Source: a virus
Lineage: Duplodnaviria; Caudoviricetes
Strand: one strand, 5' to 3'
IMG/VR virus record: IMGVR_UViG_3300033463_000087
Coordinates: 11,366-75,365 of that record
DNA: 64,000 nucleotides
In this document: positions 28,386-38,781 of the stretch, in pieces
Layout: each line of letters opens with the position of its first letter
Position numbering within the stretch: the stretch's first letter is position 1
Notes under the pieces: generated by a model
The model's database searches: none
Seen by the model: only the letters and a program-made list of their open reading frames with translations
Told to the model about the DNA's origin: nothing
Made by a program: the position numbers and the translations under genes

Positions 28386-28980
28386 AAACTACCTCACATT
28401 TTTGATAGCATAAATAATATTATTTAGACTAATACCATACTTGTCTGGTATACCCGATTTCATCTCTTTTGCTAATTGTTCTTCATCACCTGTAAAGGCA
28501 AAACCCCAAACAGAATCAACTACATCATCATTTTCATCCATAATTTGGAAACCATAATAAGTAGTAGTTTCTATTTCATTATAATCTTCTATAAAATATT
28601 TTAAAGCATCTTCTTGTTCGGGTGTAAATTTGCCTTTAACTGCAGCAAAACCTGCTAAACCACTATCCCATTGGTCGGAAAATTGACCACCACGACCTAA
28701 ACTTAAAACAATACCACCATGAATATAAGCATAAATTGGTCTTAAATCCCAACCTTCTTTTTTTAATTCCTTGGCATTACCTTTATAACTTTCTTCATGG
28801 TTAGATAAAGTATAACGACTTAAATTAGATAATATTTTAACACCTGCATAATATAAATTATCACAGGCATCTTCAAATGCACTACGTGATCCATCATCAT
28901 CATATCTAACTTCAATTCTATATTTTTTATTTAAATTTTCTTCTGCTTTAATTAATTTTGTAAATTTCATAAACTACCTC
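28359..28980 (-). repeat. Identical 37-bp direct repeat (RBS plus leader) at 28359-28395 and 28944-28980
   Basis: tgctttaattaattttgtaaatttcataaactacctc occurs twice; near-copies at 25001 and 27801. Confidence 0.9.
28389..28970 (-). CDS. Leader-bearing protein (MKFTKLIKAE...) with YAYIHGG...WDSG...DSVWGF motif
   Basis: GAGG RBS; leader; conserved-looking aromatic motifs. Confidence 0.75.
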   Translation of the reverse strand: MKFTKLIKAEENLNKKYRIEVRYDDDGSRSAFEDACDNLYYAGVKILSNLSRYTLSNHEESYKGNAKELKKEGWDLRPIYAYIHGGIVLSLGRGGQFSDQWDSGLAGFAAVKGKFTPEQEDALKYFIEDYNEIETTTYYGFQIMDENDDVVDSVWGFAFTGDEEQLAKEMKSGIPDKYGISLNNIIYAIKNVR

Positions 28981-29192
28981 TAAATAATATTATTACGAAT
29001 CTCATCAAACTTATCTGAAATAATATCTGCCAACTCTTTAATTTTTTCTCTTTGTTCAAGAGATAGAGTTACATTTGCATTTTTCATATCTTTAGCAAAT
29101 TTAGCAGTTTTTATTGCAGTTTCCACCAAAGAATCTAACAATGCTGTAGGAATTATGTGTTTATCTGATTTTATTATTTTTAAAAATTTCAT
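28980..29192 (-). CDS. Leader-bearing small protein (MKFLKIIKSD...)
   Basis: Coupled to upstream stop; leader. Confidence 0.7.
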   Translation of the reverse strand: MKFLKIIKSDKHIIPTALLDSLVETAIKTAKFAKDMKNANVTLSLEQREKIKELADIISDKFDEIRNNII

Positions 29193-29195
29193 AAT

Positions 29196-29492
29196 TTATT
29201 TTGTATGATTATTTAAAATATGGTTCTTAATAAGTTTAACATCTTCTAAAATAATATCTGTTTTAGTAGCACTTTTATCTATTTGTGATTGCAAAGCATT
29301 TATTTGATAAGTAAGTTCTTTTCTTGTAGAAGATAAATCTTGTTCTAATTTATCTACTCTTGGTGGTAAACTTTGCATTTTATAAATAAAAAATGTTGTT
29401 GCTCCTACAACTGCAACCACAGTAGTTGCAATCTTAACTATGTCTACAATACTAATTCTAGAATTTAATTTAATATTATTTGTTGCTTCCAT
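29196..29492 (-). CDS. Single-TM plus coiled-coil protein (holin-like candidate)
   Basis: IATTVVAVVGATTFFIY TM segment then heptads; late promoter directly upstream. Confidence 0.55.
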   Translation of the reverse strand: MEATNNIKLNSRISIVDIVKIATTVVAVVGATTFFIYKMQSLPPRVDKLEQDLSSTRKELTYQINALQSQIDKSATKTDIILEDVKLIKNHILNNHTK

Positions 29493-29516
29493 ATTTTAAA
29501 TATTCCTCTATTATAT

Positions 29517-29534
29517 TATATAAATATAAATGAA
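29517..29534 (-). promoter_or_regulatory. Putative late promoter
   Basis: TTCATTTATATTTATATA. Confidence 0.75.
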
Positions 29535-29544
29535 ATAAATGCTA

Positions 29545-30333
29545 TTATTCTACGGGTATTTCAAAGATAGGAATAATTTGTAAATCATAATTCCAAGAAG
29601 CATCATACGCGCGTTGACCTGTTAAACTCCATGTTTTATTTCCAGTTCCACCACTTCCGCTAGTTCCCAACATCCAAGCACCATATTGAGTACCTATTGT
29701 ACAAGTTCTAGCTGAATAATTGTAATAACCACTATATTTTGACCAAGTAGTAAGAGAATTATCTGGATAATCAATAACAGTAGGATCAAAAGGGTCTAAA
29801 GCAACTCTATTATCAAAAATTGTTGATAATTCATTTGCATTAGGTAATTGAGAACTATATATCTGTCCATTTATTGTAATTTTATAGTTTCTGGCAAAAT
29901 TAATTGCATAAAGATCTACACCTGTTGTACTTGCATTTTGTAGTAAAAAATCATTTGTCCAAGTAGCAGGATCTGTTGCTGCTTGTGCTTTGACTGCTGT
30001 ATCATATTGTGGTAATCCAGTAATACTTGGATCAGCATTACCAGACCAACTAGTATGACCCCTATATTTGGCATCAAGTACAAAAATAGCATAAGTTTGG
30101 TTTGTATTTGTATCTGGATTAATACCATTAAAATAACAAACAAAAGATGCACATCCGCCAATTCTATCACCTAAACTATATACACCATTAGGATCAGTTT
30201 CTGCAATCATATTTTTATCAATAGTAGTATCAGCAGTTACTAATTGACTACCATTAATTGTTTTATAACCATCTGCACTAATAGTATAATTAATTATTTT
30301 ACCATTAGTAACCTTAACTGTTTTACTTGACAT
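29545..30333 (-). CDS. Tail-fibre-associated protein with lectin-like C-terminus
   Basis: Ends ...GAWML...TW...IIPIFEI; last gene of fibre operon. Confidence 0.5.
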   Translation of the reverse strand: MSSKTVKVTNGKIINYTISADGYKTINGSQLVTADTTIDKNMIAETDPNGVYSLGDRIGGCASFVCYFNGINPDTNTNQTYAIFVLDAKYRGHTSWSGNADPSITGLPQYDTAVKAQAATDPATWTNDFLLQNASTTGVDLYAINFARNYKITINGQIYSSQLPNANELSTIFDNRVALDPFDPTVIDYPDNSLTTWSKYSGYYNYSARTCTIGTQYGAWMLGTSGSGGTGNKTWSLTGQRAYDASWNYDLQIIPIFEIPVE

Positions 30334-30335
30334 AA

Positions 30336-31337
30336 TTATTTAACCTCTTGATTAGATTCTTCTTCTAATTTATTTAAAAATTCTTTAATACCTATTCTCG
30401 GTATTATTCCAAATAATTTATTTCCCATATAACAATTTCTCATAACATCATTATATACTTGTGAAAATATATTATCGGGAATTTTATGGTGTATTTCTTT
30501 ATATACTTCTTTATAATATTTTAGGCAACTATTCCAATTCTGCTCTATAAATCTTTTATCTCTTTCTTCTGTTTCAATATAATATTCATAGAGATTACAA
30601 AGAACTGCTACTTTCTGTTGCATAATATTACCATTGAAAGGTACTCTTTTTTCTGCTTCTTTGATAGCATAAATCATATTTTCAGTATAACCCGGAAAAC
30701 TCCCACCATAAGAATATTCTGCATTATTTATACGTGTAATACTATCTTCTTTATAATGCCAATAATAAGTTATATCTTGAATGTATTTAATCTGTTCATT
30801 TTGATTGGCACAAAGTTTACAAAGCATATTAAAACCATTATCTTCATTTGCTCTGCTTCCTTGTAAGAAATGAATATTGTATCTATTAATAAACTCTCTT
30901 TTATATATTTTACCAAACATCCATACACTATCGTTTGGGTGTTGTATATAAGTATTTGGTTGTTGTTCTAAAAAATTGCTAAAACAACAGGCATTATATG
31001 GTTCTGCAAGAAGTTGGTCTCTCAATATTTTAATAGCAAATGCTCCTGAAAAAGTATCATCAGCATCAATAAACATAACAAGTGGATTTTTTGTATTATC
31101 TAAACCAAATTGTCTTGCATCACCGGGACCACCATTCTTTTCCATTACTATTTCTCTGACATTGAAAAACGGACTAAACATATCTACAAATTGTTTATAT
31201 CCAATTCCGTCGGCATCATTTACAATAGTTACATCAATATCATTTACTACTTCTTGTAAAGCAATACTAGATAAAGTTCTAAGTATTGTGTTTTGTGCTT
31301 TATATGCTGGTATTATCACATCTATTCTTTGATTCAT
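30336..31337 (-). CDS. GT2-family glycosyltransferase
   Basis: VIIPAYKA, IVNDAD, GPGDARQFG, FIDADD, NEDNGF. Confidence 0.9.
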   Translation of the reverse strand: MNQRIDVIIPAYKAQNTILRTLSSIALQEVVNDIDVTIVNDADGIGYKQFVDMFSPFFNVREIVMEKNGGPGDARQFGLDNTKNPLVMFIDADDTFSGAFAIKILRDQLLAEPYNACCFSNFLEQQPNTYIQHPNDSVWMFGKIYKREFINRYNIHFLQGSRANEDNGFNMLCKLCANQNEQIKYIQDITYYWHYKEDSITRINNAEYSYGGSFPGYTENMIYAIKEAEKRVPFNGNIMQQKVAVLCNLYEYYIETEERDKRFIEQNWNSCLKYYKEVYKEIHHKIPDNIFSQVYNDVMRNCYMGNKLFGIIPRIGIKEFLNKLEEESNQEVK

Positions 31338-31366
31338 TTTATCTTGTCCTCTATTTATATATTATA

Positions 31367-32839
31367 CTAAATATTATTAATATCCATCAAATAAACGCCG
31401 TTAACTGTTCCATCTGTTTTATAACCTGCTGATATGAAAGCATTGTATGTTTTTGTGTTTACACCATTGTTTTGGAATGGGATATATACATTTTTTATAC
31501 CACTACCATAAAAACAATATGACGCGGTAGTGATATTTTCTGAATGAATATATATGTTACCAGCCATAACATTACATTGAGAAAATGTACTAGACATATT
31601 AGTAAGATTTGGACTGGTAATATTTATATTTACAGTAGTTAAATTATTGCATTGTACAAATGTGGAAGCCATAGTTGTAAGATTAGGACAAGTAATATTA
31701 CCTTGCATTGTTATTAAACTTTTACTTCTACCAAAAGTATAAAATAGACTTGTAACATTCGTGGCATTACTAAAATCAGGTAAAGTATTGAAATTACAAT
31801 TATAAAAACAATAACCTAAATCTTTTACACCACTTGGAATTTCTTGTATATAATCTAAATTAACACAATTATAAAATGCTTGATACATATTAGTTACAGA
31901 TATAGGAATACTGGGAGTATTTCTTAAATTATAACATTCTCCAAAAGTGTAATACAACTCAGTTATACCATTTGGAATAGGAGATACATTTACTAGATTA
32001 TAGCAGTGTACAAAAGGTTGCTCTGATAAACTATTCACACCGCTGGGTATATTTATATCTGTAATATTATGACAATTTGCAAATGTACCAATTAAACCAC
32101 CTGTATAATTATCTGGTATATTTGTATTTTTTAGATTAAAACAACCCATAAATGTTCTTATTAATCCACCAGAAACTATACTGTTGGGTAATGTTATATT
32201 TTCTAAACTTGTACATCCAGTAAATGTTTCATATAAATTTAAGCTTCTATTAGGCAATGTAACATTTTTTAAATTAGTACAACCATAAAAAGTATGATAA
32301 AAATCACCAGTATTGATATTATCAGGTATAGTAGGTGCATTAACTAAATTTGTACATCGTAGAAAAGTATTATATAAACCAGTTCCTGATATACTACTAG
32401 GTATCGATGGTACATTAATTAAATTATAACAACCAGCAAAAGCACTAACGAGAGTAGTAACACTTGATGGTATAGTTGGTGCATTAACTAAATTAACACT
32501 ATCAGCAAAAGTACGATCCATATAAATAACACTATTAGGGATAGCTGGTGCATCAACTAAACTATTACAAATTCTAAATGCACTTGATAATGTTGTAACT
32601 GAATTTGGAATAATGGGTGCATTAACTAAACTTTTGCAATCATAAAAAGTAGAAGCCATATTAGTTACATTGTTATTTATATTATTGACACTTTTTAAAT
32701 TAGTACAATAATAGAAAGCATTATACATACTATTATTTTGCCAAGGAGTATAATTACAATCTACATTTACTATAGTTCTATTATTATAAAAAGTATTTGT
32801 TCCAATGTTTATTGTCGTTATTCTTCTTAAATCACTCAT
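31367..32839 (-). CDS. BspA/TpLRR-like leucine-rich-repeat protein
   Basis: Many ~22-aa repeats of type NAPxIPxSVTxMxxTFxxCxNL. Confidence 0.85.
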   Translation of the reverse strand: MSDLRRITTINIGTNTFYNNRTIVNVDCNYTPWQNNSMYNAFYYCTNLKSVNNINNNVTNMASTFYDCKSLVNAPIIPNSVTTLSSAFRICNSLVDAPAIPNSVIYMDRTFADSVNLVNAPTIPSSVTTLVSAFAGCYNLINVPSIPSSISGTGLYNTFLRCTNLVNAPTIPDNINTGDFYHTFYGCTNLKNVTLPNRSLNLYETFTGCTSLENITLPNSIVSGGLIRTFMGCFNLKNTNIPDNYTGGLIGTFANCHNITDINIPSGVNSLSEQPFVHCYNLVNVSPIPNGITELYYTFGECYNLRNTPSIPISVTNMYQAFYNCVNLDYIQEIPSGVKDLGYCFYNCNFNTLPDFSNATNVTSLFYTFGRSKSLITMQGNITCPNLTTMASTFVQCNNLTTVNINITSPNLTNMSSTFSQCNVMAGNIYIHSENITTASYCFYGSGIKNVYIPFQNNGVNTKTYNAFISAGYKTDGTVNGVYLMDINNI

Positions 32840-32853
32840 TTTTAATTATCTCC

Positions 32854-35800
32854 TTATATATTAGGTACAGTCACATCTGTACTATTTCCTATATATTTTG
32901 TTAATACCATATTACCTGTGTTATTTAATGTGTATTCATAATCAGTTACATCTACTGTACCATTACTTGCTACTAATTCTGCTTCAACAGTTGTTGTTTT
33001 TCCATCGGCAGAAGTATATGTTGCTGTTCCTGAACCTTCATAATCACAATAGCCTTCTTTAGATATTTTGTATTTATATGTGTCACCACTATATAAATAA
33101 TATGGTGAATCAGTATTTACATTATTAATATCTACCAAGATTGTTGGATCGGAAACATTTGTACTAAATTGTAACTCTTGGTAGTGTAAATCATAGTCTC
33201 TGTTAATTACCCAATGATTTCTATATTGCGGAGTATTACCATTTTTAAATAATAAGCCTACACCTGTATTATTTTTAAGTAATAAAGGCATATTTAATGG
33301 GGTAAATTCAATACCACCACTTTGTATATAAGTAGCCATATTTTGTGGCATAGTTATATTAAATATATGCCAATCTGTACCTGATACAACATTATCATTA
33401 TTTGAAGTTGTTATATTAGCAGAGGTTGTAATAATTGCGGGATTTGTTGTTATTGTTTGAGATGAATCTATTTCAGAATTACGTTCATAAGTATTATCAC
33501 TAATAATAATATTTCCATTTTGTACTGTAAATGTAGGTTGTGGATCTAAGGCACTTGGTGTAAATTCAGTTGTTCCTGTGTTTTCATATAAAGTAGAAAT
33601 TGACTGCTGTTTTTTATAAGTATATATAATATTATCAATCGTTAGTTTAGTTTCGTTCATATCTACTGAGCCATTCCAAGGATTATAATTATCTGTATTT
33701 GCACCAATAGTTTGACTATTATTTACCCAATATGGTGCTAGTTTGCCACCATCAGAATAATTTTTTGTTTCCCAATCAATTCCATTATCAGATTGATAAA
33801 ATCTATATACCCCATCAGTATCGTTCCAAGTTATACGAACATATACATCTGTGTTAGCACTCATTGTTATACCTGTAACAAAATTATTTAACACTTCCCA
33901 TCCATAAGATGTTCTTCTTGATATATAACAATTTACCGAACTCGTAGTGCAATTTAAAACTATACCTTGCACATCTGGTTGAGTTTGTATTAATCTTCCA
34001 AACGAAGTTCCACTACCTGGTTTACATTTAATAATAAAATCAAATGAATGAACTGGTCTTGGATTTATTAATTGTATATAGTTACCTCGTGAAAAGTTAC
34101 TAAAAACGCCATTATCATTATTAATTGTTCCAATTATTTTAGCATTTTGTAAATTAAATGTTGTAGAACTAATAGGTTCACTGTCAGTTATATAAATATT
34201 TTCATCTGAAGTATTTGTATAACCATAATAATAAATGTCTTTTTGACCAACCGTAGGGCAATTTATTGTAACAGATTGTATTTCTGTATTATCTATTGTT
34301 GATATATTAGCAACAAGATCTTTTAGTATATTTTGATTCTCATCATAAATAACTTCTTGACCATTAATATATGTGCCACTTTTTGCATTTATTTGTATCT
34401 TACCAATACCTACATAACTATAATCATTACTTGTCACAGATAATTTATAATATTTATAAGCATCTGATGAGTTAACTTCTAGTGTCCAAGTTTGATTTTG
34501 CCCCAATGTTGAATTTGTAAAAGTAGTTAATTCTGTATAGGTTACACCGTCATTACTGCCATAAACTGTTCCACCATTAATAGAACGAGGTGCACCTTCA
34601 TTTCTATTTGTTATTTCAAAAGATATAATTTTAATAGGATCTGGGTTATACATTATATAATCACCACTGTTTCCTGATTTTGCCCAAGTGTATGCTTGAT
34701 CCGTATTAGCATTAGAAGCAAACGGATACCAAGGATAATATGCACCTAAATATTGAGCAGATACAGCAAAACTATCACCACCCATTGTGCCGCTATCAGT
34801 TAAAACAGGTTGAGTAAAAGATTGTGATTCTAGTGTAGGTTGAGGGTTTAGTGGTTCAAAATTTTCATCATATATTATTGTTTTATATAATGTAATAGTT
34901 TCTCCTAAATTTATTACATTACCATTAATAGTTATGGATGTTTTTGTTAAATCAATATAACCTGGAAATGAAGCATTTGAAGAAGCATTATCACCAATAA
35001 ATAAAGATGATTGGGTATGATTAATCATTGATGTATTTGAAGTAGTTGCTTCAGGGTCATGCCAATCAGATTCATCTTGAGTTAAATATAAAGCATAACC
35101 TGTTGAACTATCATAAGTAACTTTTACAAAATACCAAGTATTTAATTGTAAAGTTGTTGTACCTATTAATGTTGCAAAATATTCATACGAACCTATTGTA
35201 TTACTTAATCTACATTGAAGTTTCATTGAACTATTAATTTCAAATCTAAATGCAGAAGTAGAATTTTCTTGAGATGTATCAATAATAGAACAGTTGCTTG
35301 ACGAAGTTCCTGTTAAGTATATTTTTGATTTAACTTCAAAACTATCTTTAGTATTATTTAAGAAATTTTCACAAGTTAAATAATTAGAATCAGAAAATCC
35401 ACTATAAACGCCATTATTATTATTTAATGTACCTTTTATTGAAGCATTTTTTAATGTAATAATATCAGAGTCTCTTATACTATCGGTATCAGTATAGTAA
35501 GTATTTGTTGAATCTGTCCAAGCATAGTACATTTGACCTGTTTTTATTTGAACTTCTTTATTATCTTGTTCAGGTTCTGCTGTAACATAAACAACCTCAT
35601 CATTTATTTCTTTTATTTGTTCTATTGTTCCTGTAGCAGTAAATTGACCATATTCATTATCTTGACAAGCACTCCAATCATAATTTGAAGAAGCAATACC
35701 ATCATTTAACTTTATGGTATCATTTAATTGTTTGGGATATAAATAAGGAACTAATTTTGTATCATCATATTGAAAATAACAATCCTCTAATAATATAGTA

Positions 35801-36369
35801 CCATTACCCCAACTATAATTATTATTAGAATCTGCAATACCAGCACCGAGACCTATACCATTTGTAAAATTAATTTTAGCAGATAAAGTACCTGTATTAG
35901 CAGCAGTCCAAGTTTCACCATCAGTAGAATAAAAGAAAGAAATAGAAGTTCCATTTACAGTTATTTTTATCCATCTTTCTTGATTTACGTCTATTGGTAC
36001 TCCTGTATTAAAACTATTAAGAGCATTCCAATGACTAGAATTTCCTGCCCAAGCATAAAATATTGTACTATTTTGCCTAAGCATTAAACCACCTGTTGTA
36101 GTATTAGGCATAATTAAAGCCGCGTTACTAATTGAATCTGGTTGTGTTATATAGTGTATAACAAATTCTAATGAGTTTTCATAAGAATATAATGGAACTT
36201 TAATATAATTATTTGGACTAAAATTAGTAAATTTTTTTCCTAATATTGTTATATTACCTACAATATCAAAAATTAAAGTATCTTGCAAACAACCTTTCGT
36301 TGCAAATGCTAAAAACTCCTTGATTGCGTTTACTGTTGCTATTAATAATGCTCTAAATATTCTTGCCAT
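32854..36369 (-). CDS. Tail fibre / receptor-binding protein with three ConA/LamG-like modules and one discoidin (F5/8-C)-like domain
   Basis: Repeated NNGVYSGFSDSNY...IDL.KT.I.ING modules; GSNDG..YTEL....N...W...AYKYYKL. Confidence 0.7.
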   Translation of the reverse strand: MARIFRALLIATVNAIKEFLAFATKGCLQDTLIFDIVGNITILGKKFTNFSPNNYIKVPLYSYENSLEFVIHYITQPDSISNAALIMPNTTTGGLMLRQNSTIFYAWAGNSSHWNALNSFNTGVPIDVNQERWIKITVNGTSISFFYSTDGETWTAANTGTLSAKINFTNGIGLGAGIADSNNNYSWGNGTILLEDCYFQYDDTKLVPYLYPKQLNDTIKLNDGIASSNYDWSACQDNEYGQFTATGTIEQIKEINDEVVYVTAEPEQDNKEVQIKTGQMYYAWTDSTNTYYTDTDSIRDSDIITLKNASIKGTLNNNNGVYSGFSDSNYLTCENFLNNTKDSFEVKSKIYLTGTSSSNCSIIDTSQENSTSAFRFEINSSMKLQCRLSNTIGSYEYFATLIGTTTLQLNTWYFVKVTYDSSTGYALYLTQDESDWHDPEATTSNTSMINHTQSSLFIGDNASSNASFPGYIDLTKTSITINGNVINLGETITLYKTIIYDENFEPLNPQPTLESQSFTQPVLTDSGTMGGDSFAVSAQYLGAYYPWYPFASNANTDQAYTWAKSGNSGDYIMYNPDPIKIISFEITNRNEGAPRSINGGTVYGSNDGVTYTELTTFTNSTLGQNQTWTLEVNSSDAYKYYKLSVTSNDYSYVGIGKIQINAKSGTYINGQEVIYDENQNILKDLVANISTIDNTEIQSVTINCPTVGQKDIYYYGYTNTSDENIYITDSEPISSTTFNLQNAKIIGTINNDNGVFSNFSRGNYIQLINPRPVHSFDFIIKCKPGSGTSFGRLIQTQPDVQGIVLNCTTSSVNCYISRRTSYGWEVLNNFVTGITMSANTDVYVRITWNDTDGVYRFYQSDNGIDWETKNYSDGGKLAPYWVNNSQTIGANTDNYNPWNGSVDMNETKLTIDNIIYTYKKQQSISTLYENTGTTEFTPSALDPQPTFTVQNGNIIISDNTYERNSEIDSSQTITTNPAIITTSANITTSNNDNVVSGTDWHIFNITMPQNMATYIQSGGIEFTPLNMPLLLKNNTGVGLLFKNGNTPQYRNHWVINRDYDLHYQELQFSTNVSDPTILVDINNVNTDSPYYLYSGDTYKYKISKEGYCDYEGSGTATYTSADGKTTTVEAELVASNGTVDVTDYEYTLNNTGNMVLTKYIGNSTDVTVPNI

Positions 36370-36371
36370 TT

Positions 36372-36941
36372 TTAAAACTCTCCTGAAATAACTGCACCAT
36401 TACAAATTGAAATTATATAATTTTTACTACTCTCTATTGTAGGAGCAGTACCACTTATCCAACTTAAACCTGTTGGTAAAGAAATCGTTGTACCAGAAAC
36501 ACCAGATGTAAAATAAATTATACTTTCTTGGTATTTCTTTTCATTAGAAGTATAATCACTAGGTAAAGCAGATATAGTTAAAGAATCAATAGTTCCATAT
36601 TGATATATCGTATTATAAGCAAGTTCACTTATTGTAATACTTGAACTTGAAGTATCAGTAGTTATAGTAGGGCTATTTTGTTTATTACCTATAGCGGTAT
36701 CTATTGTGGTAGAGGTATTTGAATCTATATTTATATCTTCACCAGTTAAAACTACATCGCCTGTTTTTGTATTAACTGAAGTAACAGGAGTAATAACATT
36801 ACTTAATAATTGTGAAACAGTAACTTTTTTAGCATTTGATTCAGGAATATTACTATTTACAATTACTATTGGCAATACACTATCATTAGTTAAATTTGTT
36901 ACTTCATTTAATTCATTTATTTTCTTTCCCGTTATTGCCAT
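36372..36941 (-). CDS. Tail-fibre adaptor protein
   Basis: GKKINELNE N-terminus, VTSVNTKTGDVVL motif, shared C-terminal module. Confidence 0.65.
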   Translation of the reverse strand: MAITGKKINELNEVTNLTNDSVLPIVIVNSNIPESNAKKVTVSQLLSNVITPVTSVNTKTGDVVLTGEDINIDSNTSTTIDTAIGNKQNSPTITTDTSSSSITISELAYNTIYQYGTIDSLTISALPSDYTSNEKKYQESIIYFTSGVSGTTISLPTGLSWISGTAPTIESSKNYIISICNGAVISGEF

Positions 36942-36947
36942 ATATTA

Positions 36948-38456
36948 TTACTCCATTGTTTTAATTTCTGCTGCTACAACTATACCTTTTTGTATACTAA
37001 TTAAATATGTTTTACCAGCTTCCCAAGTCGGAATTGTACCTGTATAAAATGTATTTGTAGGAAATGTTACACCTGAAAAACCAGTATCAGTTGTAAATAA
37101 TATATCAATACTAGAAGTGTTTATAGCAGGAATACTTGATATTGTTAAAGAAGTTAAAGTATTTGTAAATGTATAATATGTATTATCAACTAATGCTAGT
37201 GATGGTGTGGTTGAATCACTATTTATTGTTTTCTGTTCAGGTTGAAAACTAATCCAACCGCTTACATTACTACCATTATTCCAATAAGTATATTCCCAAC
37301 GATAAGGTGCATTAGTTCCACTTGTAATAACTACATAAATTGTTTTATTTCCATTAGGACCATTTTGAATTTCTACCGTTGCTTCCACATTACCTTGCAT
37401 AGGTAAACCTGAACAACTTAATTCACCTAAGTAAGCCATACCTGCTGTCGCTGCAGTATCTGAATTAACAGCACTTAAAAAAGCAGCAAAAGTAGTATTT
37501 GTAGGCCAACTATTATTAAATTCTTGATATGTTTTTATTGCTAGATTACCTGAACCTAAAATTGTATTACCATTAATAGATTTTATATTTACACCACTTA
37601 CTAATTTTCTTTGATATTCTTCAAGTTCAAATAATTCTAATGAGTTACCATCCCAAACATAAGCTTGGTCGCTATATAAATAAATTGCGTTAAAAGAAGG
37701 ATCTTCTACAGTTGCATTTGTCCAAGAGTTTGCTACTGTTGCAGTATATATTTTCTTCTCTGTTGAATTATAATATTTACTACCTATTACAAAGGTACCA
37801 GAAGGAGCAGTTGTAATTGATAATAAAGCAACTTCTTCAGCACTACTAGGTTGAACATTAATTCTTTCCCAATGTATATCACCAATAGTAGTTACCCAAT
37901 TAAGAGTATATTCTATAGGTTCATTCGCATGATAATCAGCAGCAGGATTAGTAAACTGAAAACCGTATGCTTCTAAATCACTAGCATTAATTTTATAATT
38001 TGCTAAAACTTCTTGACCATTTTTATTAGTACAATTTACAAACCACATTTCAAGATGTTGGTTAGGATCAACTATTGTATTTTCATCAACTACTAAGCTT
38101 CCACCAACTATATCATAAGGATTGTCAATTTTTAATACAGAAGTAATAAAATCACTCATTGCCTCTGCATCAGAAGTAAACGTTTTATAAGGATGGGTAG
38201 CGGCTTCATAATCAAAAGCCATCTTTCCAGGATTAAAATCTGTGGTGATTGATTGTGCTTCTTCTGCTCCCTTACATTCATAAATATAACCATGAGTATA
38301 AGTAGCATTAGTTTCACCAGAATAACAATAAATTTTACCTAATTGTTCTTCAGTTGCTTCAGGTATAACAGAATCTTTAATAATAATTCTATTTTCATCA
38401 ATTTTACCACCTGAACCACCCATTGCTACAATGGAAGGAATTACTAATCTATTCAT
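36948..38456 (-). CDS. Tail fibre protein
   Basis: YQRKLVSGVNIKSINGNTILGSGNL fibre motif; shared C-terminal module. Confidence 0.7.
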   Translation of the reverse strand: MNRLVIPSIVAMGGSGGKIDENRIIIKDSVIPEATEEQLGKIYCYSGETNATYTHGYIYECKGAEEAQSITTDFNPGKMAFDYEAATHPYKTFTSDAEAMSDFITSVLKIDNPYDIVGGSLVVDENTIVDPNQHLEMWFVNCTNKNGQEVLANYKINASDLEAYGFQFTNPAADYHANEPIEYTLNWVTTIGDIHWERINVQPSSAEEVALLSITTAPSGTFVIGSKYYNSTEKKIYTATVANSWTNATVEDPSFNAIYLYSDQAYVWDGNSLELFELEEYQRKLVSGVNIKSINGNTILGSGNLAIKTYQEFNNSWPTNTTFAAFLSAVNSDTAATAGMAYLGELSCSGLPMQGNVEATVEIQNGPNGNKTIYVVITSGTNAPYRWEYTYWNNGSNVSGWISFQPEQKTINSDSTTPSLALVDNTYYTFTNTLTSLTISSIPAINTSSIDILFTTDTGFSGVTFPTNTFYTGTIPTWEAGKTYLISIQKGIVVAAEIKTME

Positions 38457-38459
38457 AAA

Positions 38460-38735
38460 TTAATTACTCCTTAATGGATTTTCAACTAACCCCATTTCAT
38501 TTGCACTAGAGCCATCAGAATAAACAACAGCAATCCATCTTGTCATACCAATTACTGAATTTATTTTATCATTTTCAAATTCTTCACAAAGTAACATATC
38601 TGAAATAGATGTTGGTTTCGTACCACTATTACTTACATAAACCTGTACATTACCTTTTAATTCTAATGTGGGCAAAATAGTTGTTTCGGCAGGATAATAT
38701 TTTCTTAAATAAATTTTACCGGATTCTAAAATCAT
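38460..38735 (-). CDS. Small late protein heading the fibre operon
   Basis: GGAG RBS; late promoter at 38764. Confidence 0.65.
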   Translation of the reverse strand: MILESGKIYLRKYYPAETTILPTLELKGNVQVYVSNSGTKPTSISDMLLCEEFENDKINSVIGMTRWIAVVYSDGSSANEMGLVENPLRSN

Positions 38736-38763
38736 TTTATATTTAACTCCTTCATTGTAGTAA

Positions 38764-38781
38764 TATATAAATATAAATGAA
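38764..38781 (-). promoter_or_regulatory. Putative late promoter
   Basis: TTCATTTATATTTATATA. Confidence 0.75.

Noticed and set aside
24800-29192. CRISPR-like array suggested by the recurring ~30-37-bp repeat
   Set aside because: The repeats are RBS plus coding leaders separated by 200-600-bp ORFs, not uniform spacers; no cas genes.
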